In this document: one piece after another, positions 48,724-61,834 of the stretch | Numbering within the stretch: the stretch's first letter is position 1 | Layout of the letters: every line of letters starts with the position of its first letter | Source: Podospora anserina | Taxonomy: Eukaryota | Reading direction: 5' to 3' | Length of the DNA stretch: 64,000 nucleotides | Assembly: GCA_017654855.1 (NCBI GenBank) | Contig: CM030335.1 | Coordinates: 1,116,001-1,180,000 of the forward strand | Notes under the pieces: model-generated | The model's input: only the letters and a program-made list of their open reading frames with translations | The model's database searches: none | What the model was told of the DNA's origin: nothing | Made by a program: the position numbers and the translations under genes

Positions 48724-51700
48724 TCAGTTACTAGAAAAATGGTTAGTCAAAGTAATGATGGGATAAGAGGCAACATAATCCAACTTACTAGATAGCCAAC
48801 GGAGCCACCTGGTCCACCTGGAACAGCCAGTTGCCGTTCGTCTCCTCCACCACAAGCCAATCATACGGGAACTGCACCAAAGCACCTTGCGTCATGTTAA
48901 GCAGCTCCTCAGCATCGGCGCGGTTGAGCATATCATCAGTCGGACTGAAGCCCTTCCGGCTACCCCTGGTGGTAGTCCGCCGCCTGGGGCGTCGTTGAGA
49001 CCCAACTGGCTTCACACTATTGCCGTTGGCATCAGTATTGGCAGCTGACGCAGTGCTGTCGCCCGTCTTGGGGGGCTTCTCCTGGTTGGAAAAGGTAGCC
49101 CTCCGCTCCCTTGGTTTGACAACATCAAGCTTCTCCGTTTGGGGCAAGTGATCGTGACTTGAATTGGTCGGATGATTACCCGTGTCCAAGGGGTCGACAG
49201 ACTTCTCTGGGTCGGGGTTCATATCACCCCACGAGTTGTCTTGCCCATAGTCATTTTCTTGCATGCCGCGCTTTTCATCAAGAACGGCATCCTTGTTTGG
49301 CTCGTTGTGACTGAGAGCGTCCCTGACAGCATTGCCCAAGGGACTTGCCAGTTTCTCAGCCGCCGCGTGACTGGCAGTAGCAGGACCGGGCGCGCCGATA
49401 CCAGCTCCACCACCTCCAGCCTGGGCTGCCGCGTGGCTCATGGGAGGCTTCTCGCTCTCTTCGTCGGAGCGGTGAAAGTCCATGCTCTCCTTGAAGCGTT
49501 GGTTGTAAGCGTCGAACTCCTTGTACTCAGCCCAGTTGGTTGCTTCCGAGTCTGGCATGCAGCGGAACACGCGTCGGTAAATCCTGGTGTTGTTCTCAGC
49601 CACTCTCGACCAGACTTCATCGTAGAAGGCTGGGTTGAGAGGATCGCGCATACAATCCTTGTGGACATCGGCCAGCTTGATATCAATAGGAAGGGTGTGG
49701 GCGGGCCCGAAGCTCAACCTTCCGCCAGCGTCAGTGTGAACGGGCGGGCCGCCAATGTCGGTATCGTCCACCATGGGCAGTGTTGGCAACTGGTTTGCCC
49801 GTGGCAGTCCAAGTTGCTCCGTGGTCCGCCTGTCAAATGGTGGCATGGGAGGAATACCGTCGTTGTCAACACCTCCTTCGTCACGAGAGGTGGCGGCCGA
49901 GGGGCGCCGGAGCTGATGAGCTTGCTTGGGACTGTCAATCGTTCCCCTTCCGCCAGACAAAACATCATGAACCAACACTTCTCTATCATTGACAATAACA
50001 GAATCACGCCCCTGACGAAGACCTTCCTCCTGAGCGGCCTTCCAATGATCAGCACCGAGACCTTCCACTTCCACCTTGTGCTTGTCAGCCTGTGGAATGT
50101 CAATTCGTAGACCGTCGGCAGAGCCCTTGCCCTTGGAGACCCTGGAGGAAGACCGGCCTCTGCCCACCGGCTTCTCCGGATCTGTATCCTGGTGATCACT
50201 GGCGTTCTTCCGAGATGGGATATTGAGCGGCTCTGGGCGAGCCGAACTACGGCGTCTTGAGCTCTCGGCCACAGGAGACAGTCCATCGGACTCGTCGCTG
50301 TAGATGCGGTCCATCTCGGCCTCGAAAGCCTCTGCTTGGTCGAGATCGGCCTGTCTCTCCTCCTCCAAAATCTCGTCAACATCCAAGCCCAAATGCTCTC
50401 TCATCAACCGAAGACGCAGCGTGTGGGCGAATCTCCCGACCTGATAAGGGCGTCCGGCCATCGTGGACCAAATCATGTCGGTGTCGCGGACGATGGCGGC
50501 AGCCTCGGAATCGCGGTTGCCCAACATGGAGCGCTCATTGATGTTGGCCGATCCGATCAAAGCCACCCGGTCATCAACGATGATGCACTTGGCATGGATA
50601 TACAACATCTCGGTTGTGAGCATGCCGTTGGACATCTTGCCCCACTGCCGGAGACAAAAGAACTGAATGTAGTCCTCAGGGTCAATGCCGGCAGCCTTGA
50701 GGCGCCCAAAGATCGAGTGCTCTCCACGACAGATACTGCGGTATTGGCACTGCAGAATGAGACGAACGCTGGTGCCATCTTGTTCGTTCACCTCGTTCTG
50801 GAAGCCAGGCATCAGGGGGATCAGGATAACCGCTCGCCAGTCCTCGTCGTTTTCGTGAGCACGAATGATGCGGCGAACCAGGGCATCGCCGATACCGTTG
50901 ACCATCTTGCTATTGAGGGTCTCGGTGCTGGTGATGAAGAACTGATTCTCCATATACACGAAATGGTCCGAGTCTTCGATCATCTTGATATAAGCCAAGT
51001 GGATGCTTTGTTCCGTGTCTTCAATGCCTAGAGACCAGGTGGATGCCGAGCGAAGGATTTGCACCTCACAAGTGCCATTCAAGCCAACTGCCTCAAGCTC
51101 CTCTGGGTTGCAATCCGGCGGAGGCAGCAGGAACGGCGTAGGTCTGGTGGGCTTGCGTCCGCGACGGACGTAGTTCCACCTCTGAACAAAGTGACGAGTG
51201 AGATCGCGAGCTGGCTGGCCTACTACCTGCATGGCAATATCGTGCCATGGCATGCGTGGGATTCTGGAGCGATCATACATCTCCTCGTAAGGCTCGTTGA
51301 GGCGGAAGAAGTCGCGAACACGGGGGTTAGAATAGTCCTTTCCGGGGAAGAGTTGAACGTGCTCGGCATCCCTGGGCTGTCCCTCTTGAGGCTCGAAACC
51401 AGTAGGTTTGTCGTCCACCACAGGATGTTGCGGGCAATCCCAACGACCAAAGCAGAGATCGATGCCACCGACAAAGGCGATATCATGATCGACAATAACG
51501 ATCTTTTCGTGATGAGCAAAGAAGAACTGGTTCTTCTTAAACTGATGTGGCGAGCGCTGGACAAAAATGTTCGGGTGCAAGTTAAGCAAGGAAAATTTGG
51601 TATACTCGGAATCAATAGGGATAGCGGCTTCCACATTGCGGTAGACAATCACAAAGACCTTGACACCTTCGGCAGCCTTTCGCTGCAGCAGACGATCAAG

Positions 51701-54307
51701 TCGCCACTTTTGGCTGATACAAGCGGGACGTCTCATGTACAACTCGGGACTCAGCCACCAGTCGTGAATGTAGATGACATCCTTTGCCATGCTGATGGCA
51801 CGCGAGACGTTCCACATATAGTCTCGGCCGTCCACAAGCCACTGGGCATAGGCCCCAGTGCGAACAGGGGCAAAACTGCCAAACCGATTGTGCAAGTGCC
51901 ATGGCGTGTTCTTCAGCATCTCCACGATGGACTCCTCGAATTGCTGAATGAGGTGCTGATTCGGGGAGAACAACTTGACCTTTCGCTCCGAGGTAAGGAT
52001 CTTGAGAGTATGGTGCTTGGCCACAGGGCGGGGAGCCGTCAAGTCGAGATTTTCAACATCATCCTCTCTATCCTTGTCCTTGCCGGTAAGCTCCTTGCCC
52101 TTGGTGTTCTTCGATATGAGCTTGAACTTGGGATCAACGAGGTAGACGTCGTAGATATTCATGTTCTCCGGGGACTCAACGCAGACGATATAACTTTGAC
52201 GCACAAGGAACCATTTCCGACTGTGTCTAGCAATCACCTTTCCTGGCGTCAAAACCCGTCGAAAGTCGAGTCCCTTGGAGGACTGAATGTGCAGGTAGCA
52301 TTCTTTCCCGTGATAGCTGCCTTCTGCAGCAAGGCGCACACCAAGGGCAGAGAGTTCGAGGAAGCGGCAGAGACGGTTGCTATCCGCGCGGAACATGAGC
52401 CAGCGAATCATGTCTTGAAGATACTTTTCCAGCGTCCTCTGTTGCCGCTCAACGTAGCGTCTCTTGGCCACACTGGGGTCCAAAGCACTGGCACCAAGAT
52501 CGGCCATGGATCCGAGCGCTGAGGTCTTTCGTCGAGCACCCAGGTACGACATGCGTGAGCGCTTTTTCCGAATCGGGGCGTCGATATCGGTCCCTTCCTG
52601 AACAGTAGCTTCGCCTGCTGTTAGCTCCCCGGCCGTCTCTTCAGCCCTATCGTTGTTATTAACAAGCGGGTTGGGCGTAAGCTGGCTGTTCGGAGCATCC
52701 TCCTCGTCAGACTCATCCAAGCCTCTCACTCCACGAAGGTAGGGAAAGGCAGACAAAGGAAAGCTGGGCTGTTTTGGTCTCGCCCCTTGATGAATGGAAG
52801 GCAACTTCTCGTTCCCTAGCGTCAACTTATACTTCCAATGAAGGTTGAGAATGTCCTTGATGGTGCGGTGGATGATCCACTTCATCTGACTTGGACCACT
52901 GCCGTACTCGAGCTCGATTTCAAAGAGCCAATGTCTCTCACTGTCCTTCTCTTGGCTTGGCGTACTACTCTTGACTTTAAGCCTCAACTGCTCGAGCAGC
53001 ACGGGGATCCTCTTGTTACCATGCTCGTCCCGCTGTATCATGCTTGCCAGCATCAAGACAGCGGGGGTAACCGCCCGTAGTTCGGCCATGAGCTCTGCTG
53101 ATTTGGCGAAGTCAAACTGCTCGTCTGGCTTTTTGCGCAGCAGCTTCAAGGCACCTTTAACTTGTTTCCATTTTTGTGCACTGAACGTACTGGCTCGTTC
53201 GGTTCCGAAAAAGGGCCTTCTGGGGCTGATGGCATCCCCATCACTGACACCACCACCGCCACCGCCGAGGGCCGAAAATCTTCTGAAATGATGGCCAACC
53301 CTCGAACCTCCTGGGCTTTCGGCTTCTTCCCCGTCATCATGACCACCTCTTGAAGACCATGGCGTAACTCTTCTGGGGGCCCGTGCATTAGTCAGGCGGT
53401 CACGACCTTCACCCTCGGATACAACGCCATGGTCGTCTACGCCTCCCAACGTTGCACGTCGCAAAAGCCCTCCAAACCTCCCGTATCCAGCGGCGGCAGT
53501 ATCCTGGCTCCCCACACCAACTTGAGGCGTGTTGGGCGTCGAATATGAGTCCATTCTGGGTCTCCGGATCCGTCTCTTCTTTCGTTGTTTACCCTTCGCA
53601 GCTCCGCCAACCGTCTCATCGGCAGTTTCCTCGGCATCTGCATCAACATCACTACCTTCGTCTGCCGCGCGAGGTATTCTTGGTGGGTTACGGAGTGCTG
53701 TTGGCGAACTTGCGGTGGATGGGAGTTCCGAAGGACCGGCACCAGGTGTCCTCGGGGTATGCGATCCGCCAGTGCCTTTCAAGTCCTTGAGTATGGCAAT
53801 GAAACCCGAGCCACGGAGCTTTCCAAAGGCTTCGCGGGTGTCCCAAGAACCCTGCCTCGAGTGTGCTGTTATTTGGTCTGGCGCGAAGTCATCCTGGGTG
53901 AATTGTACGCTTCTTCGGTTTGAATTCGGCAAAGTGAACTCGGATGTGTCCAGTAGGTCGGATGGGCCTGAGGCAGCGGATCTAGGGGGGTTCTCAATAT
54001 TGAGAGCGGACGGTATGGGCCCATTGCCATATCCAGCCGCAGGGGGAGATTGTCGGTCATGGGCAACCCCCCCATTCAAGTAATCTGTAGGCTCGTTCTC
54101 GGCAATGCTCTGCCCGCGTAGAGAATTCGGTCTCGTCGCCGGGCGGGTAGCAAAATCGACATGGTCGGACAGCAATGGTGATGAGTGAGTGTGGAGGAGT
54201 TTGGCTTGGGGGATGGTGGGCAATTCGTCGAGCGTGCCGGAGGAGAGGGTCGTCTTTGCTTCCTTTCGAGGCGTGCCCGAAGGCTCAAGCCGGGGGTTAT
54301 CCGTCAT
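48724..54307 (-). CDS. SPO14: Phospholipase D1 (PX-PH-2xHKD); exons 54307-48789 and terminal micro-exon 48730-48724
   Basis: HKD motifs HHEKIVIVD and IHAKCIIVD, plus GSANINERS and PRMPWHD. Intron 48788-48731 (GTAAGT..CTAAC..TAG) gives C-terminus LAIYN*. Confidence 0.95.
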
Positions 54308-55444
54308 GCTTCTTTTTCAAGTTGTAGTCTTTTCTGTGGCAAGAAGACAAGCCGGCGGTTCGTGAAGATGATGGGGGCCTCAATAGCGAAACATGGGTTG
54401 GCGGGTTGTTCGCAACGTCTCGGATTCGCGCGGCACGGATTGTTCGAGGGGAACGTGGGCGTAGGGGATGACTTCTTCGCTAGATTAGAGATGGTGTGTC
54501 GGTACAGCGGCGCGTGGTGCGCGTCAGTGGCATGCGTCTTGATGCAGGTTGTGGAACTGGAGTGGAAGGTTCAACGTTTCCTGATTCAAGGAACCTGGAA
54601 GCTAGAAACCAAGAAAGCAACTAAAATGGCCTACTCCTACACTAGTGTTGGCTGGCTAGTAACAGGAGGACGGTAGGACGGCAGGAAGCAGGATGCGATC
54701 GATGTGCAGTTTTCAATAGAATAAGGTAAAGATGGGGATGCAACCAAACTTTCAAGTTGCCAGCCAACACCTTCACTTCTTCACCAGGAACATGGCATTC
54801 CCACAGCCGCGGGATGGACGTGATGGCACCTGACGTTGGGTGCATCGACAGGGGTGTAACAGCGGGAAATAACCTACAATTTACTGACCCCTTCCATCGG
54901 GCCCCACGCCTCTGGGCTGCCCCATGTTTCATCATTTCCAGCAACATCATCCAAATCTCGACAGCCTGGAACTCAAGTGCTGGTTGGGATGGCCTGGCAC
55001 GCAAAATTGGCCCAATTACGGCCGGGTAAGGTATTCATGCAGCTGCAGCATTTTCCAGTTCAGATGGCAGCTCCCACTTGCTGAGGTCAGTTAGATCATA
55101 GGTCCTACGGAGATACAAGGTATCTCTGGTGTATCTAGTCATAGTCATGGAAAACAACATAATGTCACCAAAGCTGTAAAAAAAAATAGGGACATGAAAT
55201 TGACATACGTAGCACCTTTGCTTGAAGATGTCGCTGAAGAAACAAAGTGGTACCGAAGCTGCGGCTGACAACCCCGGAGCCTCAAAGCCTGGGCCAGTGT
55301 GCGCTAGCAAGGGTGCCCCTCCACGACATCCAAGAGGCGGGGTCTCAATTCGCGTCTCAAACGGCTTCAGACGCGTCGGAGCTCCAGAAATCGACATCAT
55401 CGTTGTATCTTCCCATTAAACATTATCCCGCCGATGCCACCACC

Positions 55445-56960
55445 ATGCCAAGAGAAATAATCACCATTCAGGCAGGCCAGTGCGGCAACAGCAGTCAGTA
55501 TTTCCATTCTTTATGCCATATCCTGTTCATGTCGTCCCTAGACTAACAGTCCATCTACCACAGTTGGCAGTCAGTTTTGGCAGCAGCTATGCCAGGAGCA
55601 CGGCATCAGTCAGGACGGCAACCTCGAGGACTTTGCAACCGAGGGCGGCGATCGAAAAGATGTCTTTTATTACCAGAGTGACGATACCCGGTACATCCCA
55701 AGAGCTATCCTAATCGATCTGGAGCCACGAGTTATCCACGGCATCCAAACAGGCCCATACAGAAACATATACAACCCTGAGAACTTTTACGTGGGCAAGA
55801 ATGGTGTAGGGGCCGGAAACAACTGGGGCGATGGGTACCAGACGGGAGAGTTAGTGCACGAGGAGATCATGGAGATGATCGACCGGGAAGCTGACGGCAG
55901 TGATTCTCTCGAGGGCTTCATGATGCTGCATTCGATCGCCGGAGGCACAGGCTCAGGCTTGGGTTCCTTCCTACTTGAAAGGTTAAACGACAGATTCCCC
56001 AAGAAGATCATCCAGACATACTCCGTATTTCCCGACACGACAAACTCCGGCGACGTGGTGGTACACCCATACAACAGCATGCTCACCATGAGACGCCTCA
56101 CCCAAAATGCCGATTCAGTGGTTGTCCTCGACAACGGAGCTCTCTCCCACATCGCAGCAGACAGACTTCACATGCAAGAGCCCTCCTTCCAACAAACAAA
56201 CCAGCTGGTATCGACCGTCATGTCGGCCAGCACCACCACCCTCCGCTACCCAGGTTACATGCACAATGACCTTGTCAGCATCCTCGCATCTCTCATCCCG
56301 ACCCCACGTTGCCACTTCCTCATGACTTCTTACACACCCTTCACCGGTGATCAAGTCGAGCAGGCCAAGACAGTCCGCAAGACCACCGTTCTGGACGTCA
56401 TGCGTCGTCTCTTGCAGCCCAAGAACCGCATGGTATCGACCGTGCCTGGCAAAAAGAGTTGCTACATTTCCATTTTGAACGTCATTCAAGGAGAAGTTGA
56501 CCCGACAGACGTCCACAAGAGTTTGCTGCGTATCCGTGAACGTCGTCTTGCCACTTTCATTCCGTGGGGTCCCGCCAGTATTCAAGTGGCTCTGACCAAG
56601 AGAAGCCCGTACATCCCCATGGCACACCGTGTCAGCGGTCTAATGTTGGCCAATCACACGAGTATCGCAACTGTAGGTATTCTCCATATGTTGAAACAGA
56701 TATCTCCGTATCTAACATTATCACAGCTTTTCAAAAGAATTTACCGCCAATATGATGGCATGAGAAAACGCAATGCCTTCTTGGAGGGCTACAAAAAGAC
56801 GGCTCCCTTTGCTGACAACCTCAGCGAGTTCGATGAGGCTCGAGAGGTCGTCACAGATCTCATTGCCGAGTACGAGGCCGCCGAAGATGCCAACTATCTC
56901 AACCCCGATGTTGGCAACGAAAATCCCGCCTCGGCTGAAGTGGACAAGAGGATGGGTTAG
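55445..56960 (+). CDS. TUB4: Gamma-tubulin; exons 55445-55493, 55564-56672, 56727-56960
   Basis: [44 protein letters not shown] and [11 protein letters not shown]. Confidence 0.96.
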
Positions 56961-57381
56961 TCGAGGTTCTTTTCACGAGGTGGCGGTTTCCCACAATGTA
57001 TGAGTGATGGATGGATGGCTATGGTTGTGCAATTTTAGGCGCTCAGGGGTTCCATAGGGACAGGGAGCGAGCATGCATCTGTGTAAGTAACGCTCTTGTT
57101 CCTGTTTTGAGATGACTTGAATGAGAGCTACGGATGGAACAATACTATTACATATTCTCACATCTGAAAGACGTCGCCAAATGACCTTCCTGATGTCAGG
57201 TCATCATTGTTGCGCTACCTAACACCATGTCACGAGTGACCGTTCGTATGGCTGGCAGACTCTGCGAACGCGGACAATGAGGCCGACACTGAGTGTTTGG
57301 CTATTATAAATACCCTTCAGTTCTCGGCTTTTCCTACCAGTGGAATGGCAAGTCAACTCGACCAGCAAATACCAGCGGGCC

Positions 57382-58598
57382 ATGAGTACTCGTCAAGTTG
57401 AGTACCGGGAGCACTGGTCCCACGGATATACCCCTTCTCATCACCCACCTCAATATACCCAATCCTATTCTTACGACGGCCGCCTTCCTTCGCGATTTCG
57501 CACTTACGCTTCCCATCCGCGTCCCGCCCATGGTTATCAATCACAGCTTGTACCCTCTGACTGCTGCACCATGCTTCTATCACCAAGCTGTGCTCTTATA
57601 TCCCATTGGACCGCAGTATCCTTATTACCATTCGCCACCATACAGCCCGACCCCTTTGTCTGCTTTCCACTCACCATCAACTAGCTACAACATCCCCTTT
57701 CCGCCGAGTTCGCTGTCTAGCTGTTATTCAGCATCGACAGAAAATTTCCGTCCACCCTTTTCGCCGAGTCCCCTTTCTGACTACCATTCTCACGGCCGAC
57801 CCTCCCGGGCGGGGCTTACACAGCGGTTCCTGCAAGCACCGCAACCAAACCATGCTTCATCAAGAATAACGTCGCTGAGAAGACAAGCATCCACGAGCTC
57901 GAGATGGGGGACATCAACACCAGGCACGGCACCCCAACTAGCACACCCCAGAGCACGCCATGCAGTCCCCCTCCTCGGGATGAGCGAAGAGGGCATCGGG
58001 AATCATTGGAATTGGTGGTTGAAGAAATCAGCGACGAATTATGTCTCAGAAACCCCGGGCGGGAGATATGGCTCGCCTCTAAGCCAACGGAGATCACGCG
58101 TTGGCAATGTGGATACAATCTCAACGCAGACAACATGCGTCGCGAGCCCAAGCCCACACGAACCCCCCCAAACGCCTGCGTCAAGCACCAAAGGCCATCC
58201 ACAAAAGGCGATACCAAGAAGGAAACCAGTCCCGCCCCCAGTCGCAAACGTCAGCCCAGCACAGCCAAAGATTATATGAATGAAACCAGTCCCTCCACCG
58301 ATGCCAAAGGCCAAGCCAGCACAGCCAAAGATCAAAATCGAAAAACCTATCTGTTTATACAGCAACGAGAAGGGCAATTTTCTAGCGAGGTATATCCACT
58401 ATCTGGAGGGTATACACGGCCGGGTTTTCTTCAGTGGTGGAGGATGACGAAACAGCTATGTGGCTGGCAGCTGGTTTTGCGCCTAAAGTCAGCGCAATGG
58501 CAAAGCTGGGAAAACTGAGGGAAATGCCTGTGGAAGAGGTGTTGGGGTACGTTCAACGCATATACCCAAGTGAGGTTGTAGAGTCAAATAGATGTTAA
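57382..58598 (+). pseudogene. Decayed orphan gene A: Pro/Ser/Tyr-rich repeats plus C-terminal ~80-aa domain
   Basis: TATAAA at 57305, ATG 57382, frameshift near 57545, TGA at 58277-58279, frameshift near 58430, stop 58596-58598. C-terminus aligns with the ORF ending at 60979. Confidence 0.6.
58221..58333 (+). repeat. 60-bp-period tandem repeat (~2 copies) encoding KPVPPP..PAQPKI
   Basis: gaaaccagtccc..ccagcacagccaaagat occurs at 58222 and 58282. Differences in the KPVPPP codons are synonymous. Confidence 0.85.
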
Positions 58599-59847
58599 GA
58601 CTCAAGGTTGAAACGCAGGAGACGAGATAATTCAGGTCTCCGGTGTATGGGCTGGCTGTGTATCGGGTGCCGTATCGGGTTGGTGATAATGGGTATTATC
58701 AGAGCTACCTATATGGACTCGGTAAGCTCAAATCAGTCAGGTTACTACCATTGAAGGGTAGGTATTAGTGTTGTGGGCTTGTTACTGATACGCTTGTGCT
58801 TTTTAATTTCTCGCACAGAACAGGCAAAGATGGATGGAATTTGAAGTCATTGGGGGTCTGTTTGAAGTTTCATAATCGCGGTTGGAGGGCTGACAGTCCG
58901 GTACTTGCTGGCAAAAATTGTATATCTGGGATATCGAGCACGTTCATAGATATCGTTTACAGAGATTGCCTAGGTAAAGAATAGAATATGATGCAATTAC
59001 ACCTCAATCTGTTACTCTTTCACGTTTAACAATTGTGACTTGCTAAACAGCCCGGTCAAACTCCCACGCCCCGATAGAATAGTTGATATTGCTGGTTGGT
59101 AAAACCTGTAACAATTATCAGCTTACACCTTTTTAAGTAGAATAGACCTGTTGGTGACTCTTTCAGGCGTATTAAATACTTTTCAACGCCTATTTGGTGT
59201 CCTTAAAAGCGACTTGACTATTTTCTAAGGCGTAGTTCAGCATCAAAGCCTTTGTTAATTTACGGTACTTTATGTTGTCATTTATTTGTCTAGAACGTGG
59301 CTCCCAAGGGTGTCCTGCTCTGAGATGAAGAGCTCCATGGCTGCATGTCTTTGGTGTTGACCAGAGCCTCAAAGGAGTCAATGCATATCACATGAATACC
59401 CGATAACACAGGTACGGAGGGAAGATGCTCAAACTCAAAGGGACATCATCTCATGTATTTCCAGCCTCATTCCTGGTGATTAACAACAGCACAGCTGACA
59501 CCAAATCGCCTCACGTAGTCGGACCACTTTACCGCTCGAAACAGGGTGTGCTGGGAGGTCGTTCACATGGCTGACAACCTTTTGGGGGGCAATACATGAT
59601 GCCGGCCTTTGACGACTATAAGATACGCTTCTCCCTCGTGCTTTCCCTCCTCTCTGGAGAAACCAAACCCTGCGCACGACAGTTCCTGCCTTTCAGGGAG
59701 CAGCTGAGCATAAAACAATAATTGTTCCTTTACCTCATCATAATTTTGTCCGAGAAATGGGATAATATTCAAAAGCGGGCTCATAGAGTCATGCTCTCCA
59801 CTGGCATTATAAAGGACAAGCATCCACCACGGTCAAGAGAGTGGACA

Positions 59848-60979
59848 ATGATCGACGATTTCTACAATCAGTCAAGCACACAATTGATCCCGCAACCCCT
59901 CCTCGCAGGCGTAGTCACCATTCGGACACCTTCTATATCGTCTGGCATCTCTAGGAAGACAGCTAAGCAGGCGTCTCGCCAAGCCTCAAGAGAGTCAAAC
60001 AACACACGCAGCACTGCCAGCAACTACAGCAGAACTGCTTCCCCATACCCGGGATATGCTCAACAGCATTGACCTCGTCCTCACAGCCCCAACCCTATCC
60101 GAGATCTGCTCGTCATCATCAGCCATCACCCCTGACTGTTTCCCTTGTTAGTACTTCATACTCGCCCCTCGACTTCGATATCTCACCCGTTTCTCCCTAT
60201 GCTCAAAGTCCCCGTCCGTTCCGAGCTCTCCAACCAGCGGACACTTGCCATCAACAGGGTAGATTTACCAGAAGGGTCAGGAGAGACAAAGAAATTCATA
60301 CAACGATGTGCGTGTGCTGGGTCAACCAGTGCCAAGGAAGCCAACGGGGTCAACATCGCCGCCAACTATAATTGTGACACCTCCCGACAACCAAATCCCA
60401 CCACAAAGTCATCCTTTGACGGACAACAACCGAGATATCAATGCCATGAATTCCCATTTGAACCGCTTAGCTCGTGATGAAACATTGGCGGATCCTATCG
60501 AGAGGTACGGTTCGGCGGTCAGGCACGAAAGGTCAATTTTCAACAGTTCAAATTTGTCTCCAGCTCCAATGCCTGCGTTGGAAGCTAGATACGACCCAAA
60601 AGATTGGACATACTGGAAGCCAGATGGACAGATCGTAGAGTTCGGAAAGTCTCTACTTATCTCCTGCCAAGAGAGAAGTCTCTTCCTCCTAACTAGATAT
60701 ACGAGCGACCTCGAAGGAATACAGGGGATTGTTGGGGTTGCAGTGGAGGAGAATGATGTACTGGCATGGCAGCTTCGAACATTTTCAGGTGTTTTTCCCG
60801 AGACGGTGAATAGTCTTGAATACAAGCACATGCCCGTCGGAGAGGTTCTCAAAATACGCCAGCCGCACCCACCAGCAAGATATCTAGGGCCTATTCCAGG
60901 TACTCAAATACCACCTGAACACGAATTTCCATCGAACAAACCCAGAAACATGCCTACTGCACAAAGATGGGCCTCCTAA
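59848..60979 (+). pseudogene. Decayed or 5'-frameshifted orphan gene B, paralogous to gene A in the C-terminal domain
   Basis: Chain of overlapping S/P/Q-rich ORFs (59722-60072, 60069-60371, 60308-60979). TATAAA near 59808. Intact C-terminal domain RYTSDLEGIQG..MPVGEVL. Confidence 0.5.
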
Positions 60980-61834
60980 ACGCAAACCTCTACCTTCCAC
61001 TTCCGGGTCTTCGTCGGCTACGTATGGAAACCCTTATAGAAGTGACACTTGCGGGTCTTACTCTCTACGATGATCCGGCCAGGTCAGAAGCTCAGTTACA
61101 TTGGGTGGAATTGGAGTGGCAGATTCCATAGACAATATCTCTAATGTTAGAATGTTATATATTCACGACCCTAGAAGTTAGACAGTGATGGCCACCTCAT
61201 CAATGTCTCCAGGAGGCTAAATAACACTGGTCAAGCTCGACTATGCAGGATATATATTTTTAGTTCCACTGAAATTTAGAGAATTCTTTTGAGATGTTTC
61301 ACAACCCCTTAATGAGGTGCCTTATGATTTTCACTACTCACCCCTAGCACACCACGACTGTCCTTCATGGTAACCTCACAGTAGGGCTTGTGATATTGAC
61401 CAAGACATCTAACATCACCCGACAGTCATTTAAGAGGCCAGGGCAATAACGTGACATGTACTCCATTATACATGTTGATAGGAATAAATTGCTAAGCTTG
61501 AACGGAAGATATTTCAGATTTGCAGGCACCATCTTATATATCTCCAGCCTGATATCTGGTCACAGTACACAGCACAGCCGACGTCAAGGAGTTCACGCGG
61601 TTGAATCACACTCACACATTCGAAACACGGTGTTTGCAGGTCACTGCTCATATGGCTCACAAACATTAGGTTCAGATCAGCAACCATATCTGATCTTCGC
61701 CACGCCTGTGAGGATATCAATACTCAGCTTCCCTTCCCGGCTTTCCCTTATTGTTGGGAAATACGAGACAACTATCCCCTGCTTTTTGTGTTGTCTAGGA
61801 GCAGACACACCGCACTGCCGATAGCTCGAAGAAA

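Noticed and set aside
56673-56726. Stop-free 54-nt in-frame intron in gamma-tubulin as a possible exitron
   Set aside because: It has canonical GTAGGT/CTAAC/CAG signals and typical length. 18 open codons is expected by chance, and retention would disrupt a conserved tubulin region.
57904-58518. 204-aa ORF as the real gene
   Set aside because: The synonymous pattern in the 60-bp repeat and the similarity to gene B both support other frames.
59010-59113. TGTTAC..GTAACA as a solo LTR
   Set aside because: Only ~100 bp with a 6-bp inverted match and no target-site duplication; compatible with chance.
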